Shown one piece after another: positions 13,710-27,068 of a stretch of DNA of 64,000 nt (within the stretch, counting starts at the first letter, position 1; each line of letters starts with the position of its first letter). The translations under genes were made by a program, and so were the position numbers. The stretch is from NCBI GenBank assembly GCA_951406725.2, contig OX597821.1, positions 53,010,001 to 53,074,000 on the forward strand, read 5' to 3'. The notes under the pieces are model-generated. The model was not told the origin of the DNA, searched no databases, and was given only the letters and a program-made list of their open reading frames with translations. Origin of the DNA: Octopus vulgaris. Its lineage: Eukaryota.

Positions 13710-14180
13710 CATACATATATACACATATATAAATTCAAAGCTAATGTCTATTTTTATAAGAAAACATACATTACAACATTTTCTAGAATTAAAATTAACG
13801 CAAATTAAACTTTGGATGAAAGGTGTTAAGACACCGTATTTCAAGCGACAGTTGGTAGGTAATATAGAAAAGTAATTAGTATTTTACAATTCATAGGAAT
13901 TAATTTAATCCAAATATAGATAAAGGGTATATATATTATCCAGAATATTTAAAGTTATATGAACATGATATACATTCAAGGGATAAGAAAATGTAGAAGA
14001 CAGAGGTTGGTTTTGAGAAATGGTTTACAATATCTGAAATGTAGAACATATACTTCACGCGAGGGGAAAAGAGGAGAGTAAGAGAGAGAAAGTGTTTAAG
14101 TGTGTGTGTGTCTGTCATGTATCATATATGTATGTAAATATAAATATGTAATATTTTATACATATGTATGTATGTATGCA

Positions 14181-14308
<128 letters not shown>

Positions 14309-15038
14309 AAAGGAAAGAAAAATAGCTTGATGAAGGACAGTTAGAGTGTGAACGAAACAGAGAGAGAGTGAGTGTGAGAGAGCGAAACCGTGTTTAGTGT
14401 AATCCATTAGGATAATCAGATTTTCATGAAGTACGTATATAAAACATTATAAAACATCACGTGAATCTGGAATCTCATGTCTTTCATATCTTTTGTTATT
14501 GAAATGAAAAATAGTTCATTCGTTGTTTTTCTGACTTGACTTCATGTGTGGTGTGCGTGGCGTATCATGCACACAAATCTATTTAAAGCTACGAGGATAC
14601 AGCCAATCCAATGGTGAAGAGAGTTTATTGTTTTTGATGTATACAAACTCTGAAATTCTCTATTGTCACATATTTTATAATATTCATCAATCATGTTTCC
14701 CGCCGATAAATGCATACAAAACGTTGTACTCTAAATAATATTATCGCGGAAAACAATAAAATGGCGGAGATGGGCGAGGAATTGGGTAAATGTAAGGCAT
14801 TCATAAAAACTTATTTCAAGAAGGAACAAACACGATTCTATTGATATTCAATTTGCTTAGATTACATGTCATTAGATAAAAGACATGTTTATAAGGAAAC
14901 ATGCATGTCAAAATATAAATGCGTAGAAACCCACAGGTGCACGCGCATATATATAGATATATTAATTGCTGTAAGGACACTGTAGTTGATTTGTGCAACC
15001 ATAATATGTTATATATATCATATATATATGTATATATG

Positions 15039-15085
<47 letters not shown>

Positions 15086-15086
15086 A

Positions 15087-15318
15087 TATTTCTTTACTAC
15101 CCACAAGGGGCTAAACATAGAGGGGGACAAACAAGGACAAACAAACGGATTAAGTCGATTCCATCGACCTCAGTGCGAAACTGGTACTTAATTTAACGAC
15201 CCCGAAATGATGAAAGGCAAAGTCGACCTCGGCGGAATTTGAACTCAGAACGTAACGGCAGACAAAATACGGCTACGCATTTCGCCCGGCGTGCTACCGT
15301 TTCTGCCAGCTCGCCGCC
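15087..15318 (-). mobile_element. SINE family B, full-length monomer inserted in (TA)n
   Basis: Reverse complement GGCGGCGAGCTGGCAGAAACGGTAGCACGCCGGGCG...GAGTTCAAATTCCGCC...GTAAAGAAA is near-identical to 3426-3656. Confidence 0.9.
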
Positions 15319-15373
<55 letters not shown>

Positions 15374-16268
15374 GCCGACATTACAATTTTATAGACGTCT
15401 GAAAACATTTTATCGGAAAAAATTCGAGAAGTCTAATCCATGAAATTATTTCATATCATCTATATAACAAATAAACTGTTTGGAGTTGAGGTGAATATAT
15501 TTATTAAAAACCACCCGTTATCCTTAAGATTACGGCCGTTTCCTCGAGTAATAATAGTTAATTTCAGTGTATAATAAATTGATTTGCATATCTGCGCGCC
15601 AATATGCATGCTACACATTGTGCGATACGATTGTACATTTACAAATCAATGTAAATAAAGTACGCTTGCTCCCAGATCAGTAGGACCTTGTAATTACACT
15701 AATGCTTATACATACACAACTCTACTTTATATATAAAGACGATCGATACTAGATAAAATTAGATTAGTATGACCATTAAAAATAAACAAATAAATATAAA
15801 TAATAAATACATTTCGTATCATGTAAATTAAGACGCTGCCTGTACGTTTAGGACATTCAGCAGCCTTTATATAAACAGAAAACTGGAAATGGTTAGAAGA
15901 TGAAGTAAAGTAGTAAAACTAAATATAAATTTTCTTTCAGAAAATGTTTCAAAATAAGTATAAAAAATAAAATAATATTCATGAATTCGATATGGAATAG
16001 ACATCTAGAAACGTAAATATTGGTAGTCGTCAGAACAGCAAGGAGTTAGATATATTCACCTCTTATGCCTCCTGATTTTCATGGCTCATACACACACACG
16101 CACGCACACACATACACACACACATACGCTCACACACATACACAGGCCCTTTACCAGAGTTGTGGCAAATTTTTAAACACTAGTTTCATCTTCCTTTCAG
16201 TTTTCAATTCACTTCTCTCATATTTTTTGAGTGTCGTAATTATATCATTCCATCACCCTCCACGAATC

Positions 16269-16453
16269 GCTAAGTTACAGAGATATAAGCAAACTAAAAA
16301 CAGTTGTCAAGCGTTGGTGGGGAAGAAGCACACACACACAAACGCGCACATACCTAGCTCGGTGCCATACTAGACTTGCTCAAGATGCTCTGCAGTGGGA
16401 CTGAACCTAGGACCATATGCTTGGGAAGTAAGTTTCTTTCAAACACACGCCTG
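16269..16453 (-). mobile_element. SINE family A, degenerate and internally deleted
   Basis: CAAGATGCTCTGCAGTGGGACTGAACC and GTTGTCAAGCG are reverse complements of family A motifs. Confidence 0.6.
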
Positions 16454-16886
16454 ACCCCTACTTAACCTTTCAGTTTTCGGAGTGTTCATGTATGATAGCT
16501 ATATTTCTCTTTTTAGTATATACGTGTAACTATAACTTCCCAGTTGAACAATGTCCACACACATCTATTACACACAGCTCATTGCGCGTGCCATCACATT
16601 AGGTTTAGCAATGTCGTTTTTCCCTATAAATTGCAACTGCTCACATCACGTCATATATACCATTTCTTACCACCCACCTATTGATTCCTTTAAATGACTA
16701 TTTATTTTCTGCCTACTTCAATGCTTATACCCATTTTTCTCTTCTGAATGTATAACGCCAGAAACTTTAAGATAAATACTTTTTCCATTAAACGAATATT
16801 CTAATGCATTATTCGTTAAGCGTTTTTCTTTCTGTTCTTTTTTCCTTTATGCAGTGTATTTACACTCAGTATACAAAGAAAAACAT

Positions 16887-16943
<57 letters not shown>

Positions 16944-16987
16944 TATGTATGTATGTATGTATGTATGTATGTATGTATGTATGTATG

Positions 16988-17048
<61 letters not shown>

Positions 17049-18050
17049 CCGACGTTACAATTTTACAGACGTGTGAAAATATTTTATCGGAAAATTGTAA
17101 ATGATAATTCGATGCTTAGAAATCCGCAGTGACCCAATATCTTAAAAGAGGAAAACAAGTTATATGAAGTAGTTATTCAAACAGAAATAGATGATAATGA
17201 AAAAAAAGTTAAATAAACGGTCTCCTTTATAATATGTTGGCAGGACAAATAACTTTTGAGAAATTAAATTTCTAGAACAAACACACTATTTCCTTAATAT
17301 TCACGTCCTGTTATTTCTCTATTAAATCAATAATTCATAATTTGCATTCAGTGTTTAAAGATTCTATAACAGATTTATTCCTTTCTTATTTTTTATTCAA
17401 AACTATTGTTCTCTAAAGTATTTACATATATCCATATTGCATTCGAACATACAGAATTCCTTATACATTGTGATCACTATTATGCTTAACATCCTAAAAC
17501 TTTTTTATTTACTTTTATTAGCTCTCATAGTGAAAACCGACTGGGATTAAATGTAAAAGCATTTAACATATTTAAATGTCTAACAACACCCAATATTTAT
17601 CTTTTAATTTATCTAAAGATTAATTTTATTATGTTTTAGCCACTTTTCGATTTCGTCTATCTATCTATAAAAACATGTACAAAAATATTTTGATTGTGAT
17701 TCGCATTACTTAATGCTTCGTAATAGCCGTTGATGCACTAATATGTGAGTGAGATGCACGTATATGCGTGGGAATGTGAATTATGTCTCACATAATGAGA
17801 CACATCAACTGGTTTCTTACAAAACAGAGAATAGAATTTTGATGCGTCTGAAAATGTCATCGAATTGATCCTACGTACATATTTCCATGTTTACTGAACG
17901 GAAAACAAAACAAAAGACAAAAAAAAAAACGAAAGAGATTTGTAATATGCTGATGGAAGAACATTCCTGGTCTAAACGCGTACTTCTGTCAAATTAACAG
18001 ATGTTAGTGTACGACTGGGGAATTTTAGTGTTAGTGCGTATCTACACGGG

Positions 18051-18081
<31 letters not shown>

Positions 18082-18214
18082 AATTATAATTTAGGGTAAC
18101 TGGAAATAGTAGCCAAAACTTGACTCTGAAACCACATTAAATGTTCATACAGCACCAGGAGAGAAGATAAAAAGACAAAATAAACTAGCAAGAAAAATTA
18201 CTGGATAATACCAA

Positions 18215-18265
18215 ATTCCAGATTTCTGACTCTGCATAAGAAATACTTTGCCTCATCAGTGGAAT
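18215..18265 (-). ncRNA. Minimal hammerhead-like motif within a (TA)n-flanked element (~18079-18565)
   Basis: Minus strand reads ATTCCA-CTGATGA-GGC...GTC-A-GAAA-TC-TGGAAT, with a perfect 6-bp stem I and essentially no stem III. Confidence 0.5.
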
Positions 18266-19066
18266 GTGTAAGGATAATTAGTAAAGATCAGAAGAACGGG
18301 GGATTGCACATTCAAGTTTTATTATTCAGTTAATCATAATGTTCTTCCGCAAGACTACCGTGTGTTTCTACCGCAGAGCACTGCACACGGGAACTATGCA
18401 GTCCTTATAAGGATATTTGCCAAGTGACGTCTTACCAAGTATAATAAATTGTAACTGACTTGAGTTTCATCAATATTCACTGTGGCCAGCCTGCATTTGA
18501 CAACCGATAATAGCAAACATGGTACCCGCTAGGATTATATATCACCGTATCCTCTAGGATTATATATATATATATACATACAGACATTTATGTAGAACAG
18601 TGGGGATGAGTATTCAACAAAAGATTGGTGGATAAGTATCCTTAATTTGTGGGTTAACAACACAACCATTGGTTTTACGTTGGGACATCTCTCTCAACAA
18701 TTATAAAATCTGTGATAAGAATACACGAACCGACACGAGAATGTATTGGATTTATAATTACAGAAATATATGGATCATGGAAGATAACTTGTGCAGATAG
18801 CATTCTGTTTTCTCCATTGGTTAAATCATTCCTTAATCATTTTATGTGAGAATGCTCGTGTACGTATATGTACATGCACATTCACCCAAAAATGCGCGCA
18901 TGTGTACATGCATACAGAAGCACACATACAGATTCACATATGCATATATATATATACATATAATAATTTTGTTATATATTTAAATAATATAAATTAAATA
19001 ATCATATGTATTGGCTTAAGTTTTTCATTGTTTGATTTGCCTAATAGTGGTTTTGTCTCTAATTTA

Positions 19067-19125
<59 letters not shown>

Positions 19126-19420
19126 TTGTCTGTTTACTTTATTGTAAAATATTTTACTTTATTGAATATTTATATTTATATATATATATATATAATTAGT
19201 TAGAATAGATATACTATTAAATTAGTATCTAATTCTCTCACCCTTATTAATTAATTATAATTATGCTGCATTTATTTCTAAATGCTGTATTTGTTTTCCG
19301 TGAAAATTTGGCGCGCTGTTAGTTGGGGCATTTGAATTATAACGTCGGATGTAATCAATTGAACCACACGCGTATTTATCGTTATGGTAAAATCTGGCGT
19401 GTGATTGAGTGGATTTCATC

Positions 19421-19516
19421 CAGATAGTTTTGGCTGAAGAGCTACAAGTGGATTTTATTGTAAGTAAAATTACATTTAATTCATTAATAGCGAAACAATT
19501 GTCCCAAAATAATCTG
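19421..19516 (+). ncRNA. Type I hammerhead ribozyme, unit 1
   Basis: Stem I CAGAT-A-GTTTTGG / CCAAAAT-A-ATCTG. Core CTGAAGA 19434-19440. Stem II GCTA...TAGC. GAAAC 19492-19496. Stem III AC-AATT-GT. GTC triplet with predicted cut after 19503. Confidence 0.85.
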
Positions 19517-19953
19517 TATTTGTTATTTTTTATTTGCCCTGTCCGTGTGAGCTAACAATCGTACTGACTTTCATGGGAAACATGTATTTTTGTGGTTGAA
19601 ACCTTTTGGATTAACTGGTGCTAGAGTGAGCCATATAGTGACCACTCTCTTATATTTATTTTGTAAAAATATTATAATATATTATAAAATATTATAATAA
19701 TCCAGGTTTCTCGGAGCACTAGGCCACTTGGTGTAGAATAGATATACTATTAAATTAGTATCTAATTCTCTCACCCTTATTAATTAATTATAATTATGCT
19801 GCATTTATTTCTAAATGCTGTATTTGTTTTCCGTAAAAATTTGGCGCGCTGTTAGTTGGGGCATTTGAATTATAACGTCGGATGTAATCAATTGAACCAC
19901 ACGCGTATTTATCGTTATGGTAAAATCTGGCGTGTGATTGAGTGGATTTCATC

Positions 19954-20049
19954 CAGATAGTTTTGGCTGAAGAGCTACAAGTGGATTTTATTGTAAGTAA
20001 AATTACATTTAATTCATTAATAGCGAAACAATTGTCCCAAAATAATCTG
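19954..20049 (+). ncRNA. Type I hammerhead ribozyme, unit 2
   Basis: Identical to unit 1 at +533. CTGAAGA 19967-19973, predicted cut after 20036. Confidence 0.85.
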
Positions 20050-20486
20050 TATTTGTTATTTTTTATTTGCCCTGTCCGTGTGAGCTAACAATCGTACTGA
20101 CTTTCATGGGAAACATGTATTTTTGTGGTTGAAACCTTTTGGATTAACTGGTGCTAGAGTGAGCCATATAGTGACCACTCTCTTATATTTATTTTGTAAA
20201 AATATTATAATATATTATAAAATATTATAATAATCCAGGTTTCTCGGAGCACTAGGCCACTTGGTGTAGAATAGATATACTATTAAATTAGTATCTAATT
20301 CTCTCACCCTTATTAATTAATTATAATTATGCTGCATTTATTTCTAAATGCTGTATTTGTTTTCCGTGAAAATTTGGCGCGCTGTTAGTTGGGGCATTTG
20401 AATTATAACGTCGGATGTAATCAATTGAACCACACGCGTATTTATCGTTATGGTAAAATCTGGCGTGTGATTGAGTGGATTTCATC

Positions 20487-20582
20487 CAGATAGTTTTGGC
20501 TGAAGAGCTACAAGTGGATTTTATTGTAAGTAAAATTACATTTAATTCATTAATAGCGAAACAATTGTCCCAAAATAATCTG
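20487..20582 (+). ncRNA. Type I hammerhead ribozyme, unit 3
   Basis: Identical to unit 1 at +1066. CTGAAGA 20500-20506, predicted cut after 20569. Confidence 0.85.
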
Positions 20583-22693
20583 TATTTGTTATTTTTTATT
20601 TGCCCTGTCCGTGTGAGCTAACAATCATACTGACTTTCATGGGAAACATGTATTTTTGTGGTTGAAACCTTTTGGATTAACTGGTGCTAGAGTGAGCCAT
20701 ATAGTGACCACTCTCTTATATTTATTTTATATATATATATATATACAGGCACACACACACACATATACATATGCACACCTGCATTGAGCGCATTTTGTTT
20801 ATGTAAGAGTACGTGCACATAATCCTGGTGTCTCACAGAGTTTACAGATTTTGACGCCAAACTTGGTCCATGGGGTTGATGTCACCTCCCCTGTATTTGC
20901 TGGCCTTTGCTTTAATGCCCCAGCTTCCAATTCTGTCTTGATTGTGCCTTTCTTTTCCTTATTGATCCAAATCACTAAACATAATTGTTTTCATCATGTG
21001 TATTATTTCCAGTTTTAAAAAAATCAAACGGAGGTTTTGACAAACCCAATAAAATAAGACTAAGCCATGTAATCAACGCTGTTTTTTGAATAAACTCATC
21101 TACACACAAAGTGAAATATATTTCCCTATACGAGAGTCTCTGCAATATCCTTTAGCAGTAGAGAACGAAACACATCAGGTGATCTAAGAATGCATAAAAA
21201 GGCTGTTATTTAATGGATGTACATATTGAAAGCTTACCTCCTACAGCCTTTAAACATCATTACAGCAAAACTGCAAAACGTTTCGTAATATTGTAAAATG
21301 TTTTCAAAGTAGAATTTACGACAACTCATATCTGCATCTACATCTATCAATTTTTCTACCTACATCTCTGCATGCATACATATATTCATACTTGCATGCG
21401 AGTATTCATGCATACATACATGAATACATACGTACATACATTTATGCATATATACATACATATATACATATACATGTATCTGTGTGTTTGTGTGTGCGCG
21501 TGTGTGTAAGACAATATCTGGACTTAAAAGACATATGCTAGCTCACTAAAACATTCCTTCAGAATCAGACTCCAAAGGGCAAACTTATAGAAGGAACTTG
21601 AATAGTATCTGTCACTTACGTTTTAAACTCTGGTCTTAAAATTCAACAGAGGGATTTTGCTGTGTGTTGATGTGACGACTATCATATATATATATATATA
21701 TATATACATACATATATGTGTGTATGTGTGTGTGTGCATAAAACTATATGTATGTACGCCTGTTTATTGTGTGTATATATATATATATATATATATTGAT
21801 TACGTCATTAGAATTTATAAACTTTAGAGAGAAACTTTAAAAAGAATTGTGTTTTGGAACTTTTTGATAGAAAAAATTGAAACCCACAACTATTTTGTCA
21901 ACACGCTTTTCGAAATGTTTGTCAAAATATTTACATGCTATTATTTATAGCATTTATGATCTTCGAGATCCAGTTCCGAAAAACAAATATTTGTATATAC
22001 ACATTTTTTATTGATTTACTTTTGCTTGCTTACCAAAAATAATGTAATAGTGGTTCTTTTTTTTACTCAAGGTGTAATAATAACCCCGCTTTTTTATTTA
22101 CTATAGGGACTTGTTTTTTTACTAATGAATCTGCATGTTCTTCCGTTGGAAGATACATTTTTGTAGTACGTGACAGATCAGAAAAAATTTGGTAGCCTTT
22201 TTTAAAAATTTGGTATCTCAACGTGCATTCTCACCACATTCTACAGTAAATATGAGCTTAATAAATTGACCTATAACGCATCCAATTATCAACATCCATT
22301 AGATATTCTTCTCCAGAAAAGTAATATATGACTTTACAAATTAATTCGAATTAAATATTCCGCTATAAGAAAATTCTCAATAATCAATATTTTATAGCAA
22401 ACGGAAAGAAATATAAAATTATCCACTAATTCTGTTGTAATAGACCTCAATATAACTAATTGATTCCCCATTCAATCATTCCACCACTAAAATATAAAAA
22501 AATGCACGGAAGGTAGAGAGACATTTCCTAATATTACGTCCAATCATATTTGGCGCTTACCATTGAACATCTGTAGAAGTGGACATGCTCTCTATTCCTT
22601 TGTGGAACGATACAATTAAGTTGTAGACAAGTACCGACATAAACCAACCTATCATATTACAAGTGAACTGTATTTGAATCTGTGAACATATAG

Positions 22694-22925
22694 ACTGGTG
22701 GAATCGTTAGCAAGCTGAGCAAAGTGTTTACTATAATTTCATGCGGTTTTACTTTCTGAGTTCTAATATTGCCGAGGTCTACTTCGCTTTACATCCTTTC
22801 GGGGTCGATAAAATAAGTACTAGCTGAGCACTGAGGTAGATAAAATAAGTACCAGTTGAACAATGAGGTCGAAGAGGTCGACTTAGCCCCTCTCCCAAAA
22901 TTTCAGGCCTTGTTCTATTAATGGA
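22694..22925 (+). mobile_element. SINE family B-related, diverged
   Basis: GAATCGTTAGC...TTCTGAGTTC...GCCGAGGTC...CATCCTTTCGGGGTCGATAAAATAAGTAC, with an internal duplication of GATAAAATAAGTAC. Confidence 0.75.
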
Positions 22926-24129
22926 AGTGTTTAGCACGCGTCATCAAACCAGTAATTCTCTCAGAATGTATGTTAATAAATTATAGAATTATAAGGAAGA
23001 CCTAAATCTCTTAAGCATTTCTATTTATCAAATGTTAATTATTTTTCCTGGAATCCAGTAACAATAGGCACTATGGTTCTGTTATGTTCTAAATTCCTTT
23101 TTCCTAACTCGTATATATCTCTGATGTTACCTGTATATTTCTTCTCTTTCTTTACTGAAGAACTTCTTCACCGTTTCATGATGTCACACGTTGTATGAAA
23201 TGCTATCTGTGAGAAAACAGAGTGGAATGCCAACGAAACACACACATGCGCATCCGTACACACTTGTATTGCCCCATAATTCTCACTATTGCAATTATTT
23301 TCCTGTTTTCATTCCTCATAATTTACTGTCAAAATATCTTATGGTTTACAGTGAGATCTGTTTTAGTTTGGGATTAAAAGTCTCGTACGTAAACGACATT
23401 AATTCTCTACAATTAATTTCAGAAGCTTATAAAATAAATCATAATATAACACTCATTTTTTATCATCACCACCATCATCATCAGCATAAAAGTTTCTGAG
23501 AAGAGAACTATTTTATGAAAACATGTCAAATAAAATCGGTCCCCCATTTTGCTATCCATCTTGTGTAAAGCACTTAAACATAGGGAGATAGTTATATGCT
23601 ATTTATTTCATCACCAATTCTATAGGGATTATTGCGGAAGAGTAAATTATCTCATATAAAAATCGACAATTTTAATGTTTTATTGAGTAAATGTGATGTC
23701 ACTGTCGTGTCTATTTACACGAAGGCACATATGAATAGTCGGTCAGAGGGAAACGGCTGCAGCTACGTATTTTAAATCTCCTATAAACATATGAAAAGGA
23801 GTGTCAATATCTGCTTGGTTAACTGTATTTCCTAGCATTTTATCTAGGTAAACATATGAAGCAAAGAACGATAACAACAACGAATTAGCTACATTTATGG
23901 GTTTTATGTTTAACGGCAGTTTATATTAGATTACACTGGACGACTGAATGGTGTATACCAGAGGAAAAAGAAACGTTAGTTTCCTCTGATATGGCAGCAG
24001 CTGTTACCATGTCTATCAAACCGACCCTTCGGTCGCTGCAAGTCCCATTTCATGTGCCTACTTAACGACCACTCATGCACTCGGACGATCTTCTCCAAAA
24101 CTCTCCACGGCTCCCCATCCGTCATTGGA

Positions 24130-25803
24130 TATCCCTGCCACCCTCACGCTAAGATTTCAACAAGACACTTGTGCGCATGAAGCCGGAGAAAATCCAGGAC
24201 CAGACAACATCCCATTTGAGTTTTTCACGCTCGGAGGTCCTGAGGTGAGAATCATCTAATGCCCCTTATCCCCAAGATCTGGGAAAGCAAGACCCCCTCC
24301 CACTAACAACTTCCACGATGCAACTATCATCACCATCTACAAGAAAGGAGAATGAGGATTGCAACAACCATCGTAGCATTTCCCTACTGAGTATTGCAAG
24401 CAAGATCTCCGTCCGTATCCTACTCAATCATCTCTTTATCCTCCCGTAAGACGTCCTCACTAAGTCATTTGATAATATCCCCCGTTCTGCAACGTGGGCC
24501 GCCCTTGCTCAGTTTGGAGGTCCGGATGACTTCATTGCACTAGTACGCTCCTTTTACGACGGTTTGGTGGGTAGGGTATGCCATCAAAATGCCCTCACAG
24601 ACCCGTTTCCCATCACTGGGGGTCTTAAGCAACGATGCGTTCTGGCACCAACCTGTTTCTCTTTGTACATGGCTGCCATGTTCAACGAAATCCCAATAGA
24701 CTCGCCTTCCATCAACATACGCTATTGCTGGGATGGCGGACTCTTCAATCTCGCAAGTCTCCGAGCAAAGACGAGGATCTCCGCCATCGCAGTCCGTGGG
24801 ATGCTGTATGCCGACGACAATACCACTCCGAGGCGCAGATGACCTACAAAGAACGGCCGAACTTTACAACGCGGCTTACGAACGCTTCGGTATGGAGGTA
24901 AACACATTAAAGACAAAGACATTGATCCAACCTGAACCAGACCAGAAGTGTCCACCCACAAGCATTAGTATCAACGGCCAATCCCAAAAAGAAGTTGAAC
25001 ACTTCATGTCCTTTGGAAGAATCCTGTCGAAGACTCCACTTGTGGAAAGGGTGTGGAGAACCGGATTGGGGCAGCCCACTCCTCCTTCGGCAGGCTCAGC
25101 CAACGTGTATTCTTCAATCACCCACTGACTATCCGGACAAAGACCATGGTCTTCCGTGACATTGTCCTGTCAATTCTACTCTACGCGTATGAGATTTGGA
25201 CGTTCTACCGCCGTGACTTTAAGCGCCTTGAATGCTTCCAGCAAACGAAGCTACGACACGGCCTCAACATACAATGGGAAGATCACGTTACTAACAACGA
25301 GGTTCTTCGCCGGCCCTCACTGCCAAGTGTCTAATCCACCATTCTTTGCCATCGTATCTACTGGGTAGGTCACGTCCCGCGAATGGAGCCCTCTCGTCTC
25401 CCAAGGATCATGCTCTAAGGAGACCTTGTATTCGGAAAAAGACCTAGAGAAGATCCGAAATGCCGTTTTAATGACCAGTTCAAACGGACGTTGGCTCACG
25501 CTAACGTCCCGCCATATTCATGAGAACAGATTACCATGGATTGGACAACCTAGAGGACTGCACACCGGAATGGGTCCAGCTCCTTCGAGTAGAATAGACA
25601 AAATAACGGGGAAGTAAAATGCAGGAGAGGAAAGGAGCATCTTCAACATCCTCGACGTGCACCGACCATTCCGTGCGAATTCTGCCCTCGACTCTTTCAC
25701 CACCGAATTGGACTCCAAAGTCACTTTCGACACAAACATTAGCTGAGGAGACTGGATGGAAACTGACGAACCCAGGGCACGGATACGAGCTGGAGCAGAC
25801 GAT
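24130..25803 (+). mobile_element. RTE-clade LINE, 5'-truncated, frameshifted RT pseudogene
   Basis: Translated motifs PGPDNIP, IYKKG, SISLLSIASKI, GLKQRCVLAPTCFSLY, LYADD, ENRIGAAHSSFGRL, WVGHVPRME..RLPR and C-terminal RIGLQSH, spread over several frames. Confidence 0.92.
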
Positions 25804-25910
25804 ATATATATATATATATATATACGTGTGTGCGTGTATGTGTGTGTGTGTGTGTGTGCGTATGTGTATGATGTGAGTCTTTGGACGCGTGTGTGTGTGT
25901 GTGCGCGTGA

Positions 25911-26242
25911 GTGGTACATGGCTCAGTGGTTAGAGCGTCGGACTCACTATCATGAGATAGTGAGTTCGATTTCCGGACTGGGTTTTGTGTTGTGTTCTTG
26001 AGAAAGACACTTTAATTTACGTTGCACTAGTTCACTCAGCTTTAGAAATAAGTTGCAACGTCACTGGTGTCAAGTTGTATCGGCCTTTGCATTTTCTTTG
26101 GCTAACATCTGTGGCGTTCAGAGGGGAGACTGGTATGCATGGGCGACAGCTAATCGTTCATAAAACCTTGCACGGACTTGTGCCTCAGAATGTAACATTC
26201 TAGGTGCAATCCCATGGTCATTCAGGACCGAAGGGGTTCTTT
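25911..26242 (+). mobile_element. tRNA-derived SINE (CORE/V-like centre)
   Basis: TGGCTCAGTGGTTAGAGCG (A box), GAGTTCGATTTCC (B box), then GTTGTGTTCTTGAGAAAGACACTT. Confidence 0.8.
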
Positions 26243-26951
26243 ATAGGCTTAAATAAGCACATATGTATACAAATGTACATGTATATCTATATAGATATGA
26301 GGTGTGACAGGGCTCCTAATTCGAACGCAGCAGATGGGAAGCTGTTTTTCTTTTGGAATTCATTCTCTGATTGGGAGATATAAAAAGACCTGAATGATAG
26401 ACTCATCTTCACAGAGCAAGTAGTGATGACGTCAGTCGAAAACAGACATGTACCTGCTCTCCAGAACCACTAAACCAATCATACTGATTGAAAATGTAAC
26501 GCTCTGGTAGAGCGGATTCGTGATTTTTGAGCAGCTAATGAAAACTAGGGCTCACTCAATAAATCATCGCTGAAGGTACTTCACGCAGCTGTATCATATA
26601 AAGAAGTTGATTGCAACAGCTTCAAGCTAGAACTGTGCGCTATTATTCTCAGACAGCTGAAAAGATAGGCATAGCAGGTGAGACACGCTCAAATTGGCTT
26701 TACTTCACAAGAGACCTTAGGTTGAACCCTTTCACTGGCGAAAACTAATTCCTTATTCGTTGCTCCACTCTGGCAAAGCATAGAGGCTAAGATGCGAAGC
26801 ACTTGTGACACTGATATATAACACAGAAGGGTTCCCGCCATTGTGATGTATTCAGAAGAGCTTGCAATATCTCCGAGCAGATCATATAGTGTTTTGCGTG
26901 GGACAAAGCATATCCGATGCTTATTTCTCCGAACTGTCTGTCTATCTATCC

Positions 26952-27032
<81 letters not shown>

Positions 27033-27037
27033 CGGGA

Positions 27038-27068
<31 letters not shown>

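Larger units (their letters stand above)
19201..20728 (+). mobile_element. 533-bp tandem array (~2.9 units), retrozyme-like or tandem PLE pseudo-LTRs
   Basis: TAGAATAGATATAC recurs at 19201, 19734 and 20267. I found only two substitutions among the units. One HHR per unit, no long ORF, (TA)n on both flanks. Confidence 0.9.

Noticed and set aside
19201-20728. CRISPR array or plain satellite
   Set aside because: There are no unique spacers: units are 533-bp near-identical copies in a eukaryotic context. The HHR per unit explains it better.
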